Source: Chitinophaga pinensis
Lineage (GTDB): Bacteria > Bacteroidota > Bacteroidia > UKL13-3
Assembly: GCA_945860865.1 (NCBI GenBank)
Contig: CAMARW010000003.1
Coordinates: forward strand, 59,177-123,176
Direction of reading: 5' to 3'
DNA: 64,000 nucleotides
This document shows positions 60,657-64,000 of the stretch, one piece after another. A model generated the notes under the pieces. It searched no databases, was not told where the DNA came from, and worked only from the letters and a program-made list of their open reading frames with translations. The position numbers were made by a program, and so were the translations under genes. How positions within the stretch are numbered: position 1 is the stretch's first letter; each line of letters opens with the position of its first letter.

Positions 60657-61850
60657 TGGTTTGATCCAAATCTTTTCCTGAATAGTGGATTGGTTTAGGC
60701 CGAGTAATCGAACAAAATAAAGGCCCTCGGGTAAGGATTGTGCTATGCAATCATCTTGGGTGGCCAATAAATTTTGCTCGAAAACTAGTTTGCCTAGGGC
60801 ATTGTAAATAGATACATAAACTATTTTTTGGGAGCTATTGAAGCAAATTTGATGCTCGGCCGGATTAGGGTAAATTGCATAATAGCTGGCTGTTTTGGGT
60901 TCTGGTAATTGGGTTAACGCATCTTGAGCCAACTCACACAAACCCATTATAGCTAACTTGCTCATGTTTATAAAATAAGGAATGTGCAGGTTTTCTATGC
61001 TATCAGAAAATCGGTGCCAATGCGGATTAAAATCATTGTCGTAATCCTCCGTTAAACCAATGGCCGGAATGTCTCTGTTCCAAAAAGTTTGGTGATCTGT
61101 ATTGGGTTCGCCTGGGTTTTTTACGAAAGGCTGTAAGGCTAAATTATGTTGCTTTAAAACCTCCTGTATACGCGTGGCATAAGCAATAGATTGCGGCAAA
61201 CTGGGCGTAACATGAATCATAGCCAAAGAATCTTGGTTGCCATCCCAGGCAATCATGTCTAGGTTTATAACAGTAATAATTTCGGGCAAACCGCCGCCCG
61301 AGGAAGGGAAGTTTTTACTGCCAACTAAGCCCATTTCTTCCTCATCCCAAAAAGCAAGCTGAATGGTATAAGGGAAGTTGATGTCTTTTAAAACCCTTGC
61401 CGCTTCTAGGAGCGCGGCACAACCGCTAGCATTGTCATCTGCACCTTGAAATTTGGCATGACTACTTCCAACGCAATCATAGTGCGCACAGAGCACGACA
61501 GATTTGTTGGGAAATTGTGTACCCCGTTTTTCGGCTATAACATTTTGGCCTGTTTGACTATATTGCATATTTCTAACAGCGTAGCCATATGATACGCATT
61601 TCTGTGAAATATACTCCGCGGCAAGGGCATTGCCGGGGTGGAAGGCGAAACGCGAGGGAATAAATTGTGCAGAATCTTTGATGTATATGGGTTTTTTACC
61701 CACTAATTCTTGTAGGTGTTGCAATAAACTATCGGCCGAAATTGAGGTTAATGCTGCGCTGCAACTGGGTTGTTGTGCCCAACTTGCATTCATAAAAAAT
61801 ACACACACTAAAAGTGTAGTTAATACTATTTTAAAACGCTTAAATCGCAT
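60654..61850 (-). CDS. M28-family peptidase with T9SS C-terminal sorting domain
   Basis: 398 aa. Signal peptide (MRFKRFKIVLTTLLVCVFFMNASWAQ). M28 metal-ligand motifs (HYDCVG, GADDNASG, WDEEEMGLVGS). C-terminal T9SS domain (...EGLYFVRLLGLNQSTIQEKIWIKP). Confidence 0.85.
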   Translation of the reverse strand: MRFKRFKIVLTTLLVCVFFMNASWAQQPSCSAALTSISADSLLQHLQELVGKKPIYIKDSAQFIPSRFAFHPGNALAAEYISQKCVSYGYAVRNMQYSQTGQNVIAEKRGTQFPNKSVVLCAHYDCVGSSHAKFQGADDNASGCAALLEAARVLKDINFPYTIQLAFWDEEEMGLVGSKNFPSSGGGLPEIITVINLDMIAWDGNQDSLAMIHVTPSLPQSIAYATRIQEVLKQHNLALQPFVKNPGEPNTDHQTFWNRDIPAIGLTEDYDNDFNPHWHRFSDSIENLHIPYFINMSKLAIMGLCELAQDALTQLPEPKTASYYAIYPNPAEHQICFNSSQKIVYVSIYNALGKLVFEQNLLATQDDCIAQSLPEGLYFVRLLGLNQSTIQEKIWIKP

Positions 61851-61879
61851 ACAAACAAAGGTGAGATTTTTTATTTAAT

Positions 61880-62920
61880 TTGCACTACATGAAGAAGCAA
61901 ATTCAATTCTTTTTTTTACTAATTAATTTTATCTTTTTATTTCCCTTCAATGCATTGTCGCAATACCCGCCACAAGCCGGTGAAGTTGGAAGTACAGCCA
62001 TTCATAGAGATAGTTCAATCATAAAAACTTTTGCTAATTATTATGCTGGTGGGCAACGAAAAATATTGCAAAGAGGTTGGCTAGATATAAGCGATACCAG
62101 CCTAGGAAAGGCAAGTGTAGGAAATATAGATAGCCTTGCTATCACGCCAGATTTATACCTACTAAGTTTGGGCGATGCAGGCAGTGTTACTTTTGAATTG
62201 CCCATTGCCATTGAAAATGGTGCCGGACCAGATTTTGTTATTTTTGAGAATGGTTTTCCCTTCAGCAAGGATTCGTTTTTCTTGGAATTAGCTTTTATAG
62301 AAGTGAGTGAAGATGGTATAAACTACCACCGGTTTCCTGCTTATTCTGAAACAGATACTAGCCAACAAATTGGGCCTTTTGGCAGTATTAAGGCAAATAA
62401 AGTTCATAATTTGGCAGGTAAATACATTGCGCCATTTGGTGTTCCTTTTGATTTAAATGATTTGGGAAACGTTTTAGGGTCAAGTCCAAATATTAAATTT
62501 ATAAAAATAATTGACGTGGTGGGTAGTATAAATCCTGCTTTTGCAAGCAGAGATGCCTTAGGCAGAATGATAAACGATCCTTGGCCAACGCCATTTCCAA
62601 GCGGTGGTTTCGATTTAAGCGGCATTGGATTTATAAACGGAAAAGCCTTGGGTGAAACTCAATTAAAATCAACTTTAAGTTTAGCCATGTATCCAAATCC
62701 AATTGGAGTAAATGAAGTATTGCAAATTTTTAGCAATGAGCGCTTAGATCAAATTATAATTAAAGACCTAAACGGCAAGCAAACTTTTAAACAAGTTGGC
62801 CTGAACCAAATGGAAATAGAATTAAATCTCAACGAAATAAATTTAGGAGTGGGAATTTGTTTTGTGCAAATTATTTCGCAAACAGGTAAGGTTATTACCC
62901 AAAAACTTATTCTAAACTAA
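61880..62920 (+). CDS. secreted hypothetical protein with T9SS C-terminal sorting domain
   Basis: 346 aa. Signal peptide (FFFLLINFIFLFPFNALSQ). C-terminal T9SS domain (...GICFVQIISQTGKVITQKLILN). The central domain is unrecognised. Confidence 0.6.
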   Translation: MHYMKKQIQFFFLLINFIFLFPFNALSQYPPQAGEVGSTAIHRDSSIIKTFANYYAGGQRKILQRGWLDISDTSLGKASVGNIDSLAITPDLYLLSLGDAGSVTFELPIAIENGAGPDFVIFENGFPFSKDSFFLELAFIEVSEDGINYHRFPAYSETDTSQQIGPFGSIKANKVHNLAGKYIAPFGVPFDLNDLGNVLGSSPNIKFIKIIDVVGSINPAFASRDALGRMINDPWPTPFPSGGFDLSGIGFINGKALGETQLKSTLSLAMYPNPIGVNEVLQIFSNERLDQIIIKDLNGKQTFKQVGLNQMEIELNLNEINLGVGICFVQIISQTGKVITQKLILN

Positions 62921-63183
62921 ACTTTATAATAATGACTTAAGCCCGCTATTTACGTGGTTTATTTTAACTCATAATTAATATTATGTTAAATAGAGTTGAG
63001 GAAAACTAAAATCGAAATTCTAAATTCTAACTCCGAAATCACTGCTGTCCGGGGAAATTCAACTTCATACTTTGAGATTCTTCGCTCCACTGCGTTGCGC
63101 TTAGAATGACAATATTTTATAATTAATTGGCAGATGCGTTTAATCGTTTAACTGTATAATGTAAATAACAAAACCAAGGTATC

Positions 63184-63214
63184 AAAAAAAAATCCCCGGC
63201 AGATTTGCCGAGGA
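63184..63214 (-). terminator. probable rho-independent terminator of the 63257..64000 gene
   Basis: On the minus strand: CCTCGGCA, AATC loop, TGCCGGGG, followed by ATTTTTTTTT. It lies about 45 nt downstream of the stop. Confidence 0.6.
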
Positions 63215-63256
63215 TTTAGATAGTTTAAATAATAAAGATAAACCTTATGGTATTCC

Positions 63257-64000
63257 CTATTCAAGAGATTCGCGTCTTTTTTTGGTATCCATGGTTTTCT
63301 TTTCATCGCCTAAGTTGGCATAAACCTGTTGTATACTGTATAAAATATCTCTCATGTATCCAAACTTTTCCTTTTTCTTTTCAGGCGTGTCTTCACTTTT
63401 TTGCTCGGCTAATGCCAATGCCTGATTAAAGTAATTTAGCGCTACGGTTAAAATTTCATCTTTTTGTTTTTTCAATGGATTGTATATTTTATCGTAAGCT
63501 GCGCCCTGCAAAGAACTTGGAATGGCATTCATTTTCTCAACTATAACTGTAGTTTTATTATTGGTTAGTGCACCTAAGTTATAGAATGCATCAATATACT
63601 CTGGATTAAACTCAACAACCTTTTTATAATCTTCCTCTGCTTTTATAGCATACTCATTAGCCCTTAAACCTAAGCCATCATATTCTTTCTGTAAACTTGC
63701 TGCATTATTTACAAAGCTTAACTTTTTAGCTGGAACCTTTTCTGTTTGCGCTTTTTTCTTAGCGTTGTTAATTTGCTCTTTTAAAATTCTGCGTTTTTTA
63801 TTTAAATCATTTGCGTAATTATCGTAAACACTACCTCTTACAAACAATAACGTGGCGTCATCTGAATTAATTTCTATGGCTGCATTTAATTTTTCTAACA
63901 AAACATCCTGCTTACCCATACTCATATAAATATTTAACTCTTGGTTAATTAAATCTTTCTGGCTAGGAAACTTGGCTCTACCCTGCTCAATAAATTGTAT
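63257..64000 (-). CDS. hypothetical protein (TPR-like, Lys-rich); 5' end beyond the window
   Basis: The track ORF (63257-63925) starts at MSMGKQ, but the frame stays open upstream to the window edge (…IQFIEQGRAKFPSQKDLINQELNIYMSMGKQD…), so the gene likely starts outside the window. No family recognised. Helical TPR-like content. Confidence 0.5.
   Translation of the reverse strand: MQFIEQGRAKFPSQKDLINQELNIYMSMGKQDVLLEKLNAAIEINSDDATLLFVRGSVYDNYANDLNKKRRILKEQINNAKKKAQTEKVPAKKLSFVNNAASLQKEYDGLGLRANEYAIKAEEDYKKVVEFNPEYIDAFYNLGALTNNKTTVIVEKMNAIPSSLQGAAYDKIYNPLKKQKDEILTVALNYFNQALALAEQKSEDTPEKKKEKFGYMRDILYSIQQVYANLGDEKKTMDTKKRRESLE

Overview
The window reads as a chromosomal, largely housekeeping segment from an AT-rich Bacteroidota genome, most consistent with Sphingobacteriia, Chitinophagia or Flavobacteriia. 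The supports for that are four proteins with type IX secretion (T9SS) C-terminal sorting domains, a sufBCDSE-sufT operon, Bacteroidota-type long PurC and TamB-like proteins, and roughly 35-38% GC by eye. About 55 protein-coding genes are called. Recognisable ones include trxB, purC, tsaD, argS, ribF, the SUF Fe-S operon, pepT, recQ, ftsE, a parE-type topoisomerase B subunit, fdhD and gyrA. Several secreted or T9SS cargo proteins are present: an M1 aminopeptidase, an M28 peptidase, a 1152-aa LamG-domain giant and a 346-aa unknown. I found no rRNA, tRNA, CRISPR array, transposase, integrase or phage genes, and I cannot point to a clearly novel multi-gene system. The most unusual thing actually visible in the sequence is a family of palindromic elements built from tandem GAATTAC/GTAATTC heptamers at three intergenic loci. 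They flank pepT on both sides and overlap the stop codons of four genes. Other points worth a look: a perfect 10-bp inverted repeat in the suf promoter region; a near-perfect 38-bp palindrome upstream of the topoisomerase B gene; an orphan fdhD translationally coupled to a T9SS aminopeptidase and overlapping the parE 3' end; a GC-richer ORF-free island with dyad symmetry near 63.0-63.2 kb; and several clean rho-independent terminators. All functional calls are from reading motifs in the translations; nothing was searched against a database.
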